From Camelus dromedarius (lineage: Eukaryota), in NCBI RefSeq assembly GCF_036321535.1, contig NC_087437.1, positions 31,808,001-31,872,000 of the forward strand: 64,000 nucleotides of DNA, in the 5' to 3' direction. Position 1 is the stretch's first letter. Each line of letters begins with the position of its first letter. Made by a program: the position numbers and the translations under genes. This document shows positions 38,013 to 51,060 of the stretch, piece by piece. The notes beneath the pieces were generated by a model. That model searched no databases and was not told the origin of the DNA. It saw only the letters and a program-made list of their open reading frames with translations.

Positions 38013-40495
38013 CGACCCACTTTAGGAGTCTCAGGAAGTGGCTTATACCATCTGCTATAAGCACAACATGTTTTTTAAGCATTGTACATTATCTTTAAAA
38101 TTCATGCAAGTTGAACACACAGCTTCACTGTTACATCACTATTTAATATAAAAAACATTTCCCAAAAATCTGTGAGTAAAATTAGTGATCCAGAAAGCTG
38201 CTCCACATTGGTCCTCAGGACCCAGGACCCCACATCTTTTTATGTTGATAGAGGATGCTCACGCCAAGTGTGAAAGCCCTGAGAAGCAGAGGTACCTGTA
38301 AGGAGGAAAAGACACACAACCTAAACAAGCGTCAGGAATAATGGCTTAGACAGGGCTGAACAAGAGGTCATGCAAACTAAATACACAGAGAAAATATAGA
38401 ATATTCCCCGACCCAGACCGGTGTGGAGACAGCACTTGCAGAGAGCCCTGTTGGAACCACACTGCTTTTTCTCGTGCTCCTCTCTTTCCTTTTGAACGGA
38501 AATCAGCATCACACCGCACTGCTCATCCCGTTTCCCCAGCACAATCAATGGCTTTTGAAGAACACAGTTTTGAAGCATAGGTGCCGTGGGGACAAAGATG
38601 AAGGCTGCGGTAGTAACAAGCTTTGTAACACACTGATCAGATTCATATTTTTCTATCGTATGAAATGTACCTCAAGCAATGGGACTTACCAGCAACACTA
38701 ACCATGGCCACACTGTTCTTTTATTTTCTAAGAAATAACATTTTCAAAAGTGACAAAGGATGCTGACAAAGGCCCAGCAATGGGAGTGAGAAAGACTCAA
38801 GTGGCAAAAAGGGGCCTCGGTATGGTTTGTTTATTGCCTTATTTGGTTCGTGACAGAAAAGCAGGTCGAGCTAATGCATTTCCACACCCTGAGGACCCGC
38901 CGCCAGCCCCGCTGAGCTGTGTTCCCAGCAGGACCCAAGCTGCAGAGAGCCTCTGCTGGTCAGGTCTCCAAAGGCAGCACCAGCCACCTTGATGGCGTGG
39001 AAGAAGAGGTGACATTCTGTTTTCCTTGGTTGAAAACAAGGGGACCACAATGTGCTTTTCTTTTTCCAACCCCTCTATTAGGAGAAATACAAACTTCACA
39101 AAGGCATTCCCTGTCCACTTAGCAGAATGTCTGTCAAAGTTAGACTCCAGTCAAGAAGAAGACATCCCACAGTGTGACAAGCCTGGAGAACACACCTGAC
39201 CCAGGGTCACTGCTCAGGGCATCCATGAAGCTGCAGCTCTGTTTGGGAGAAGCCCTTACTGATGCCTGTGTTCTGGAAGCTGTGCACAGAATGCCTGCAG
39301 TCACTCCCATGAGACTGTGTTAGCAACACAGTGGCCGGACCCTTGAGGAAAGCATATGACAGAGGAGTGGTCCTCAAGGGAAGGAGGGCAAGGGGGTCGG
39401 AAGAAGCAGAGCCTGCAGGGGCGATCAGCCCCCTTCATGAGTGATCAGCCCCCCATGGGGCAGCGGGGACTGTTCCCATCTCAAGGGAGATGAGCTTTCC
39501 TCAGAAGCGGGGCTGTTTCACCAGGCTTTTCCACTGCTCAGAGAGAATATCTCATGACATCACCTGACTCCTCTGTCCTGATTGCACTTCTGTCACAGCT
39601 ATTGCAGCTTTCCGATCATCCCGATACTGGGAGGCACGGTGTCTACTGGAAAGATGTCTGCTCTGGAAGGGTAAGTGGCACTCAGCCTGAGGACCTGACA
39701 TCTAAATGAAGCAGAAACTGTAAATGATTTCTAAAGATGGTGCACATTTTTCAGCTCTCACTGTCCTCTCGGATCCCAGCCTCCTCCCCTCACCCCCACC
39801 CACCAGCCCACAGGGGTCATCCCTTGGCAGCTGAGACAGACATAAGGGGCCAGGCACCCAGCCAGGGCCTGGCGCCCGTGGCCTGGGGGCTCTGCATGCA
39901 CTCTGGACCACATGCATGCTGCCGCCCTGCCTTCCAAACCCCGGGTGGACTCTGGGAAGATGCGCATTTTAAAGCCGTACTGCCACAGCAGTCTGGTTCA
40001 TAGCCTAGTTTCTGGTGAGTTTGTTTCGTGTGAATTATTGCCCCCAATGGCTTTTTAATTCCCAGGGAAGAAAAATCTAGTTTTTCCAAAAGTGAGGAGC
40101 ACAGTGTCATCACAAGGGCAGTGTCCAGGCCAGGGACTGCAGGCAGTGCTGCCCGGCGCCTCCGGCTGGCTGCCTCTCCCAGCTGTTCAGCATGTGCGCC
40201 ACAGAGTTTGTTGAAATCCAGTGGGATTCCTAAAGCAAGATGAGATCAAGCCACAGAAAGCAGGGCCCAACCCAGTGGCAATGATGGAGGTAAAAATTGG
40301 CCCCTAACAGGGAAAAAAAGGGCAAAGAGGTGAAGCACTACATAATTTAAACGCATTTTGGGTGACTCTCTTCAACGCTGGCTAGGCCAGAACACCATGA
40401 TGGTTACATTTAAAAAAACAAAACCAAAAAACCTCCAAAGAGAGGAAGAAACCCTGGTTGTGATCATTTCCCCCCTCCATCCTTTAACCCTTAGG

Positions 40496-40707
40496 CAGTA
40501 GTTCCCAACCTGCATGTTTGCCTCCCTCCCAAAGGGGACATCTGACAGTGTCTGGAGCCGGTTGTGTTGCTGCAGCTGGGGAATGCTGCCAGCACCTAGT
40601 GGGGTAGAGACGAGGAATGCTGCTAAACATCCTACAGTGCACATGACAGCCCCCCCACGACAAAGAATTATCCCCAAATGTCGAAGAGCCGCTGCCCAGA
40701 AGCCTTG
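40496..40707. mobile_element. MER20 hAT-Charlie element (second copy)
   Basis: Shares gctgctaaacatcctaca and acaaagaat..cccaaatgtc with the 31468 copy. Confidence 0.85.
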
Positions 40708-43700
40708 CCTTCAGAGAATTGTTCTCCTGATCTTGCACCAATTCATGTGCCGCTAAACCAAACAGAATGTATATGGGGGATTCATAACGAGGGAGGGCTC
40801 AGTGGTGAGCGAAAACACACACCAAGTCCTGGACCGCCAAGTAATTCGAAGAGAACCAGGAGTCACCTCTAGTGATCCACTTCTCTGATTATAAGCATCG
40901 TCTTCTGAAGTCTGTTAAGCATCTAGAGAGCATCTGGCCTCTCACTGTGTTATTGTCAGGTAACTGGCAAAGAAAATTCAATGGCACCTTGGTCCCCTAA
41001 GCATTTACAATGTGAGATGGAGACTAATGACTCAGTAGCACTTTATATGCAGGTGAGACGGACAAATAAAGAAAGGGGGAAATCAGGCCACGCCAACTGG
41101 ACAGGCTGGGAGCTGAGCGCATTCTGCGAAATGGCGAGAGAGGGTAGCGTTATCATGGGTGAGTGAGGTGGCACTGAAGGAATGTAGGAGAAAGCCTTCG
41201 GAGGGCATCCATCAACACCTCCGTTCAGCCATGCTTTCACTAAGTATGCACCGAGGTGTCCAGACAGGCGAAGACACAGAGGCACAGTCCCCGCGCCCCA
41301 GCACTTGCAGTCAAGACAGAGTGGTAAGAGTCACACACAAACAGGCAAAATACAAAGATGTCATTTTCAGACCTACAGCAGGTAGATGTGGAAAATATGC
41401 CCTGGTCTTCTGTTTCATCTAGGCTTGAAAATAGTAACAAGTGTTGGGTGAAGGGGGTGACCCTGCCCATGATAGAACTTGCATTTGACCTGCGCCTGGA
41501 GCGTGGGTGCCACTGGGGGAGGCAGACTAGGGTTCCAGGCTGGGGCTCAGGGATCATGCTGACAAGAATCTCTTAAAGGGGGCTCTGCCTTAAGGTATTT
41601 GTTCTGGCCTGTCTTTTGGCCACTGCACAAAACTCTCTGTACTTCAGTTTCTCTCTCCTTTCCATTTCCAAGCAATAAAGACTAAATCTATTCTCATGAG
41701 GAGCCACAGACCATGTGAAGCCCTGTGGAGCCTACTGGCAAGATAATCAGCATCAGTGAGGTTCAAGGGAGATGCAAGGGGTTATAACTCACAGGGCACC
41801 TAGTATTATTCATACGCCTCAGGCCTCACTAGGTAACAGCAACTCAGAAAAATACCCAGGTGAACAGTCATAAGCTTTGAAGACGTACTAATATTTCCAT
41901 GGCCTAAACATTTTCCGGGATCCAGTCTTTACCAGAGCTGCAAAAAAGCAGTCAGATGGACGGCCCTGTGAGCTTTCTCCTCTACAATGAACCCACTGAA
42001 AGGTCAGCAGCCGGACACAGAAAGAGGAGAAGGGTCCTGAATAAACACAGACAGTTTAATCAACCATGAAGAAATCCAAGAGTTGACTGAAAGTGCTTTG
42101 TCAGGAAGAGAAGCGAGGCCCCTGCCCTCAGAGAAAGGCGAGGAAGGTTGGAGGTCACTTCAGCAGCAGAGATGGCTGCTGACCACAGAGGCCACCGCAG
42201 AGGCACCAAGGGCCAGTGGGGAGACTCAAAAGCCAAAGGGTGGTGGGGCCGGGGGGGAATGCCTGCAGTTGGATCTTTTCCAAAGTACCAGGCAAACAAA
42301 TGTTTCCTAGAAAGAAGATGAAAATTAACTCAATAAGAAGGGAAGATACTGTTTTTAAAACCACTGTAATTACTTAAGAGTTGGTTACTCCTTCAAGCTT
42401 ATGTCCATCAAGTCTGTCATTTCTGATTCCAGACCCCTCAGGGAATTTTAAAAACTGGTTTATGTGAATTACATCAATGTCCTTTACTTGCATCTAAAAA
42501 AATCAAGGTCAAGCCATGTTGATGTGCAAAAGGGAATTTAGATGAATATGGGCTGACTCCCAGTCTCTGGCCCTGTAATTACTTTCTTTGTAAGCCTGAA
42601 TACCCAATCAGATGGATGCCTTTTCAACACTTTTTGTCATATTTACAGAATACCTTTAAACAATGGAATCTGGAACCTCCAGCAACATCTGTGTCCAAAT
42701 ATATCCAAGCCTGTTTGCTTGTTTTTAATTGAAAATCAAGCCATTTTAGAGGAACTAATCTATGTATCATTGGAAATGCATATTTTTAGAAAATTCTTGA
42801 GAATTTTGCAAACCATTGAAGTAACCTGACATGCTTTATCTTTATATTTCTCAGCTGTGATTGCTGTTGGAATGAAATCAGGGGTAGCATTCAAAAAAGT
42901 CGGCAGTCTGAAAAGGTTTGTGTAAGAATTCTGATTCCACTAGAAAACCGTTTCTTTTAGCACGGTTTTACCATTTTCCATTGGCTCATGCAATATGGTT
43001 GGTTTGTTCTCATTCCAATTAAAGGTGCGATTCATTAAAGAGGCTTTAACTGAATTAAAACAAAACTTTCCATTAATGTTAAGAAGCATTGATGGGCTTC
43101 TAATCGGACATTCTCAGCAGGCAGAACCTCTGATTTTGTATGAAGCGACTCATTTCTACACAAGGACTTTCATTTCTGTGGTCTGGCCTGGTAAAATGTT
43201 TTCTTTCTTTATGCTCACTCTAGTGTGAGTCCCGGGTCTATGGGCCTGATCATTTGTATAGGAGGATAATTTGTACAGGAGGACTGTTTACATTCAATCC
43301 TTGAGGCTGAGGAAAACTTTAAACCAAGAGTTCCCATCACCAGGAGTTTCTTAGAAGGAAATGACTCCTCAAGGCATGTGGGAATTATCCAGAAAATGAT
43401 TTTCCCTTGAGATGGTATGTTGGTACACATGAGGAGCGGTGGACAGAGTATCAGGAGGAAGTGGTAACTCGCACATGAGGAAATGTGTTACTATTTTCAA
43501 GCCTAGATGAAGCAGGAGACCCGGGCATACTTTCCCCATTTACCTTTTTATTTTTAAAAGTAGTGGAATTTAGTTCCTCTTGATTGTTCAGGATAATAAA
43601 GGATATGTGAGGCATGGGTAGAAAAACCACAAATGGTGAGTATAAGAACAAAGCCAGGGATTACTTTTTTCCTGTTTATTAACATTCACACCGAGATGTG

Positions 43701-43921
43701 TTCTTTGGTTACCATGGTCTCATGGTTTCTCATGTCACAGGCCACACCATATAAAATCACAGAGGCCACGACAGGCAGGAAGAGAGGCCGGGCCCTGTTG
43801 GCTGGGTAATACAAACAGCCCAGTGTATTGGATGCGAGCCTGGGTGCACTTCAGCCTGATGAGCCCAGCCCTGGAGCCCAGGAGCAGTCATGCGGCCTCC
43901 TCACCTCTTCTCCTGCCAGTG

Positions 43922-43940
43922 CCTGCCCCCTAGTGGTCAG
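43922..43940 (-). promoter_or_regulatory. CTCF consensus motif
   Basis: Minus strand reads CTGACCACTAGGGGGCAGG, a full match to core CCRSYAGRKGGCR. Confidence 0.65.
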
Positions 43941-45389
43941 CCATAGGAAAATGCCAGCGTTGCCTGGGGGCCTTTGTGGGGGATGAGATTTGGGTCTCCC
44001 AACCCTGTTCCCAGGCACTCTCTCAATTTCCTGGAGAATCTGGGCTCTTCCTGGGATGCTCTGATGTCTCCCTGAGATGAACATCATCTCCTGTGTCATC
44101 TTCCCCATTTTCATCTACCTCTACCCACCTGGATCCCCAGCTGGCTGCCACCTTCCCTTGTGCAACCCCGACACGAGACAGGCCTTTTCTAGAAAGGACA
44201 AATTTTTCCTTCCTTGGGTCCTGCACACTGTGGAGAACCAACACAGTACGTCACTGTTGAACTCATTCCCGCTTAAGCCTCCTGTATGTCCCGATAGCCA
44301 TTCATTTATGCATCAGGTGCCTACTAGATGCTGCACGCTGCGCTGGGCCCTGCAGACGCGGAAGAAACTGGGCCAAGGTTCCTGCCTGGAGGCGCTCACA
44401 GCCCGGAGAAGGGACGGCTCATCCATCAGCTGCCATGTGATGAGGACCACACCACTCAACAGACAACAGCACTGTGCTTCGGGAGCAAAGGCAGTGGGGG
44501 CAGAAGCTTCTGGATTTGTGGTGGGTTCCTGTCACCGCAAGGTTAGCCCAAAAAGGGCTTTGTTCAAATGACTCAGGAAAATAAATAAAGCTGGCACAGG
44601 CCGTCCTGACACCACACACCTCTAGAACACCCTGGCTGTGCTGTGTACTCATCCCTGCCCAAGTCACAGTGATCTGACTGTCCCAGCCTGTGCAGAGGCT
44701 GCTAAGAGGAGGTACACATCACCATGAGCTCCTTTAAGTGACGCACTGCTTGATTTTCCCACTGTGGCAGCCCTCGGCTCCTGCCAACACTTTGCTCTGC
44801 TTTGCTCACTTCAAGCCTCCCTGAATTTTTCCGAGGCCCGGTTTTCCACATCACTGATTCACAGATCTGGAAGACCTAGGAAAGAAAAAAGGTAATTATC
44901 TCAAATGACTCACGACCCCTCCTGGACCCTGTGATCTGTGTATAGGCTTGCACCATAAAAGCTGAGGGTAATGATATTGTCATCTGTGTAGGAAAAGCTG
45001 GAAGAAAAACAGATTAACATTCTTCTGAACTCCTGGCTCTTGGCAACAATCAGGGTAGAGAGGATAGCCTCTCAGCTGTGGCCAAACGTCTGAATACCTC
45101 ATCCAGAGGTGAAGGTGCATGTAAAGAGCCCCAGAAGATGATGAGTTCCTGGGGCAAGGGCAGCATTTACTCATCTCTCTCCCTCTCTGATGCAGTAAAT
45201 GTTTGTGGGATGAATGGCTGCTACCTCGAGTCCTGTCCGGCTCCCTGGGCCCTGGATGAAACCCGGATCGGGAAATGAAACACACTGGCAGGCCCTAGAC
45301 CCCTGATTTACGATTCATGAACAAATAAAAGGAAATGACTTGCCTGCTACAAAACTGCTGGGAGAGATGACAGTCTAGGAAGGGTGGGA

Positions 45390-45690
45390 ATCACCTACGG
45401 GAGAGGCGAGGGAAATGGATTATTGCTCCATCGCAGGCTAATGAGCTGTAAGGGTGCGGGTGGGTGGGAACCAATCCCCCTCCACCCTCCACAGCGGGTG
45501 AGGGGGAAGGGGCGCAGAAGCACCCCCGGGGGCAGCCAGCGCGATGCGGCCTTTGCGCCCCCAGCGGAGAAGGGTGGCGCTGCGGGTTGGCAGCCGACCT
45601 CGCTTGTGTATGACCAGGGCTGTAGGGCCGCGCTGGGGTGGCAGTGACGCAAACACGCGGAGCCCCTGAGAAAGGGGCCCCGGTGAGTCT
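45390..45690. promoter_or_regulatory. Small CpG-rich patch
   Basis: High GC with many retained CpGs (gcgcgatgcggcc, ggcgctgcggg, ggccgcgctg, acacgcgg). Confidence 0.5.
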
Positions 45691-46049
45691 CTGGCCCCAG
45701 CACAGCCCTCCCCACCTCCTTGCCGAGGAGAGCTGGCACGAGTCCCCAGGGAGGTAGAGCTGGTGTGGCTGGTTGGGTGGAAAAGGTGAGAAGGCAGAGC
45801 CAAAGCCCCCCGGGTAACTGACCTGAAATCCTTGGTTTCCCCTGAGGCAGTTGTGGCCTGGGGGGAGGGGAGTTACGTATAACTATAAGTGGTGCGCACT
45901 CTGTAAATTTTGTAATTAGTCTAAGGAAACGCCAACATCCTATTTTAGGATGGTGTACATTCAAATTACCTTCCTGTGCCCCAGCTTTGGGTTCCATTCA
46001 ATCCTCATTCTTCCTGTTTTTCCTCCATGTACCCTTAATAGCACCCATA

Positions 46050-46700
46050 ATTCATTCATTTCACTCAACAAATACTGATTGAATGCCTGCTCTTGGCTGG
46101 GTCATACTGGGTACCAAATATACAACGTCAGCAAAAACACACAGGTCCCTGCCCTCATGGAACTTACGCAATAGAGAAGGAAATGACCTTGATCAAATAT
46201 GCAAATTAACATGACATTGCAATTTGTGGTGCCCTGAGTATGTAAGGGGTTTGATTTAATAAGGTATGTCAGGGAAATTTCTGAGGAACTGATAAGTGAA
46301 ATGAAATCTGAAGAAATAGGATTAACTAGGGCAGGCGGGTCCCATGCATTTCTGAGGTGGGACAGCACTTGTGTCTTCCAGGTAGTGAAAGATGTGAGTG
46401 TGACCAGAGCACAGACAGTGAGAAGGGCAGGATGCACGGCAAGGCTGGACAGGCCATGCTTAGGGAGCCACTGAAGTGTTTCAGTGGTTAGGCGATGTGA
46501 TCAAATGTGCATTTTAGAAGGATTGCTCCAGCTGCCAAAGCTTGGCAAGAAGAGCTTGCAAAGGATCATAAGTGGATGTCATGAGACCACTTAGTAAGGT
46601 GTTACAGGTGAGTTCAAGACTAGGAGAAGAGCCATGGAGGAGAGAAAGGGGGAAGATTCAGTACAGGAGGCACAATTATCAGGACATGGTGATGGAGGAG
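46050..46700 (-). mobile_element. L2 LINE fragment
   Basis: L2 3' terminus ttcattcatttcactcaacaaatactgattgaatgcctgc; gtccctgccctcatggaactta; gatgtgatcaaatgtgcattttagaaggatt. Confidence 0.75.
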
Positions 46701-47305
46701 ATAGGCTTACAATGTATTCCATACCTGTACTATTCCAACGAGCTCCCCTGCAGTGAGCCCCTCTTCAGAGGCTAGAGCACCATCTGAGCCACAGATACTA
46801 GCTACCAGGGGCCCTCTTCTGCCTCGGATCCTTGCTTCTGCAAAACAGTCATTGTTCCGTTCCAGGCATGGTGTTCTATCACTGTGCTGTGCAAGGTACC
46901 AGGGATTGAAAGATGAATAAAAGTTTCCTGTCCCCCCAGGAGTTGCAGCCTAGTGGGTCTGCCAATCAAGACAGCACAGCATGACATGCTACAGCACAGG
47001 CAGAGGCAAAACCCAAGGCAAGGGACAGGAGCTCTGCCTGGCAGAGTTAGGAAGGTTTTCCAAAAGGCAGTCTGAGCCAGGTGTCGGGGGGTAAGCAGGA
47101 ATTTATATGGAAAAGAGGACACTGGCTGATACAGGCAGAAGAAACATGTCATAGAAAGACACAAAATTACCTAAGAATAATGTGTGGCCAAAAAGTAGCC
47201 CCAGAGATGATGGTGGGGCTGGAGGCGGGAGATGAGGCTGGAGACAGACCTCTAATGGGGTCACTGGAGGCTCTTAACTACCTGCTTTAGGGAATATTAG
47301 TACTA

Positions 47306-47820
47306 ATATTATATTTCTATTGCTGTATAACACATAACTCCAAAACTTAGGTGCTTAAAACAACAAATGAATTATCTCAGTTTCTGTGGGTCAGGAATCC
47401 AGGCATAGCTCAGTGGTCCTCACAGGCTGCATTCAAGGTGTCAGCCAAGGCTACTGACATCTCAACAGTCCGCTGAGGGAGGAACAACCTCCAGGCTCAT
47501 TCACATGGCTGTTGGGTGGCCTCAGGTTATCCCTGGCTCCTGGCTGGAGACATCAGTCCCTTGCCACATGTGTCTCTGTAGGGAAGCTCACAACATGGCA
47601 GATGGCAGAAAGATAGAGGTGAGGGGTGGGTGGAAGAGACAGACAGACAGACAGACACAGTCTTCTGAAATTTAATCTCCAAAGTGACATCCCATCATTT
47701 CTGTCATCTTCTGTTTAAAGAGGTTCACCAGGTCCAGCCCACATGTGAGGACAGTTCACCCAGGGAGTGAATACGAGTAGGTGGCGTACCCTGCGCCGTT
47801 TTAGAGGCTGCCTACCACAT
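47306..47820 (-). mobile_element. MLT1F/G-like solo LTR
   Basis: tctattgctgtataac...cttaaaacaacaa...tttctgtgggtcaggaatcc...ttttagaggctgcctaccaca. Confidence 0.8.
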
Positions 47821-50254
47821 ATACCATAGCTATTTCAGGCACGATCCCAGCATTATCTCATTCTGCATAAATTATAGAGAAAGACGTATAATTTCGCAGC
47901 ATATTAGTTTGTTTTTGTCAATGGGTACACTGTGGTCCCTGGGAGCCCTTAAGAACAATGTGCTTCATTTCACATCTCTCCCTAAGGATTTTATACAACC
48001 CACTTGGCATTCACGCCGTTATTATTAGATGGATTCAGCCAGAAGCTGCCTATGTGGGTAGAGATAGGTGGGAAGTTAGGAAGGCAGAGAAAGGAAGTGA
48101 TCAGGACCTCAAGTTGAATAAAGAAAAAGGTCACACGCCAACTGAAAATCAGAAATGAATCTGAGTGGAACTAAGCATCGAGGTTGACAGCTCATACATG
48201 CGATGCCAACTTGCCACAGCTTGGCAGTGCCCTTGGTTTTCCCACATGCAACTGAAAATAGCTAGCATTCATCCTGAGGGAGTGCTGCTAAAATAAGTAA
48301 CTACTGGGAGCTATACCTCACTGCTCATTCAAGCTGAAAGCAGTCTGCAATTTATTGCTGAAATTAGATACAAATTAAGTTGCCACTTCCGGAACCCTTT
48401 CTTCTGTACCATATTATACGGAAAATAAACTGAATTTTCAGCTCCAATAGCTTAAACATTTTTTTCTTAAAAATAAATGTGATAACTGATAGGATATCCA
48501 CAAAGGCAGATAATTGATACTAATCTCTTGTAAGACCCTATCTCCTCAGGAGCCTGCTTTTATCATTTTCAGACGGGTGTATAGTTGCTGCAGACACAGA
48601 GTGACAGTCCGGTAAAGGTGACTGGAGGGAGGGATCGACTTGCTCACACTTGAATATACCATGTGCACCATCAGAAAACCTGTCGGGAATGGAAGAGAGG
48701 GTACTAGCGTAGAATCATCCGCTGGGGACCTGATGTGGATGGCTCTGCTCCCACTTTTTTTTGGTGATCTGAAAGCTCTCAGGGTCTTTATCCATTTGGA
48801 TATAGAAGTTCTGCTATGTTTTTAAGACCAAAACAGAATTAACAAACATACATACAAACAAACAATAATAATAATTTAGGGGTTTCCTGTCAACCTTGGC
48901 TAAGAAGGAACTGGTATCCAGATAATGGGGGTATTTGGGGGGGGGGGTTCTGCTATGAAAGAGCCCTTGAATTGTATTATCTCAATAAAACACCATCTTC
49001 TTTGACCTGCCTTTGGAAGAAGTGGATGAACATCTAAGAGCCCAGCTGTGCTGGAACCTAGGAGGCTGTGGTGGCTTCCAGGTAGGATGATTCTTCACAA
49101 CTTTGAATTCCACCTTCCCTCTACAGAAGGCAAAGATTACTTTCTTCTCATTGTTGGAGACATTAGTCACAGATGAAGCATGTTCACACCCCCACCCCCA
49201 CCCCACACATTCCCTTCCTATATCCTTATTGTGATCTGATGAATCTTAGACGTGACAAATGAAATAATGAGCTCCAGGTAACCTTTCCTCCTCAGTGAAG
49301 GGGTTAGTTTTGTTCCGTTTTTTTGTGTCCATAATTCTCCAACAGAAAACTTCTAAAAGGTCCTCTAAGCAATCCCTTAAGATGGTGAATCTCTGCAACC
49401 TCACTTTAATGTGATGGGTTATTTCATGCCTCGTTTAACTTTTAAATTATTTTCAATGTCCCCTTTTCTAGACTTCTTCGGGCTTGGGGAGAAAATGGAA
49501 TGAAGTTCAATGGAATCAAAGTAAATGGAGTGGTCTAAAGTGAACGGATGTCAGCAGTGTTTCCCGTGGCAGCTTGCGGCTGTCTCTCAACACACCTCCT
49601 GTGAGTGGTGGTTCCTGCACCGCATTTCCCCTGACAGAGGAAAGCACAGGCACATGCTCTGGGCTCTTGGGTCAGCAATCACCCTTTCTTGACATCTTTC
49701 TGCCTTCCCAGAATTCACCATGGCCTAAAACTCCGTGTTTGAAAAAGCAGGACTTTAAGTCCAAACAGGAAGAAATCGTACACTAAACAGTGACAACCTG
49801 AATGGCATCCCTGTAGAAGGGCTCCTCTTTCCCAGTCTCCTCCAGCCCACTGACCCTGACCACCTAGAGGCCATTCCATGATCCACCACCCCGGACTTAG
49901 ACATTCAAAAGATGGCAAACAAGCAAGGGACTGAGAAAGGACTAGGGGACCAACAGGGACAAATTCAGAATGTTGATATCGCATTTATTTTCACCATTTA
50001 AGGCCAACTTTTTGATTAGCCTCCTTTTTCCTTCTCTGATTTCAAAACAACAAATAATTCTTAAGTTCTGGGGAGGGAATCTGCAGCTGGAAGTGGACTC
50101 AGATCACGGGATGAGTAGGGAAGAGGTTGCACGTCTCTCCCTAGGTCCTCTCCGCTGTCACTCCCACCTCCTCCCAACTCTCTCTCTTCTCTTCCTCTCC
50201 TCCCCTCCCCTCCTCTCCTCTTCTCTTCTCTCTCTCTCTCTCTCTCTCCCCACC

Positions 50255-51060
50255 TCGTGTGCGAGCGCGCGCGCGCGCGCGCCCTCGCTCTGTCTCTCCA
50301 TGTTTCACCCCGTGTAAAAATAGCTGCTCAGGTTCTGTTATTCATCCCGAAGCAGCAGTAAAGGGCGAGCCTCCCGCAGTGCCTGCTGCCCTTTAGTAGC
50401 TTATGCTATCAGGTGACGCCTCACACCTCCCATTCCCCACCCCGAGGTGGATGAATGTCCTCAGTGACCTTAGACGTTTTTATTTTAATCAGCAGTATGG
50501 TTTTTGAGTGGAAAATCCTCCCAGGCTTTCTGAGTCGGCGGGGCCGCGGGGCCCTCCCCTCCTCCACACCCCAGGCCGCAGTGCCAGGAGAGCGTTTCCA
50601 TCTGTGCTGGGAAAGAAGGGCCCCTCTGTGCCTCCCAGCACGTCCAGCGCCAGGGCGCGGAGGCTGGAACACGCTCTCCCGCACGGGAACAGCTTTCCAG
50701 GGGCCTTGTGGGGAGGCTCTGGCCTTTCCTAACGAGAGCCAGGCGCCTGCCCCGTGGTCCCCGGTCCGTTCCGGGCAGGACCACCCCAACCCTACTGGGG
50801 GCATTGATTCCCCCGAGCTGGGGGAGGGAGTCGCCTCTGCACTCTGCCTGCAATCCGGCCACCCGCGTTTGCGCATGCGCGGAGAGGGGCCGCGTCGCTC
50901 TGGGCTTGGGGCGAGGGCGGCGGGGGAGGGCGCGGGCGTCAGCGGCGGGGCAGGGGGCGCCAGTGGAGGAGCCAGCCCTGGTGGTCGGGCTCTAAGTCCA
51001 GATTCCTGGCGACACGTTGGAAGCACCGCGCCATTGGAAGAGAGCCACACAACGCTATAG
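50255..51060. promoter_or_regulatory. CpG island (orphan promoter-like) with NRF1 motif
   Basis: About 800 bp, GC-rich and CpG-dense. (GC)9 at 50265-50282, TGCGCATGCGCG at 50870-50881, GC boxes and G-runs at 50900-50960. No recognisable coding exon. Confidence 0.75.

Noticed and set aside
31462..40756. Similar peptides in ORFs at about 31.5 kb and 40.5 kb suggesting a duplicated gene
   Set aside because: Both are MER20 copies.
45395..45997. 200-aa minus-strand ORF
   Set aside because: GC-rich stop-codon depletion, non-ATG start, no homology I recognise.
50421..51060. Overlapping 209-aa and 201-aa ORFs on opposite strands
   Set aside because: Low-complexity G/P/A/R products expected from stop-poor CpG-island DNA; no recognisable domain.
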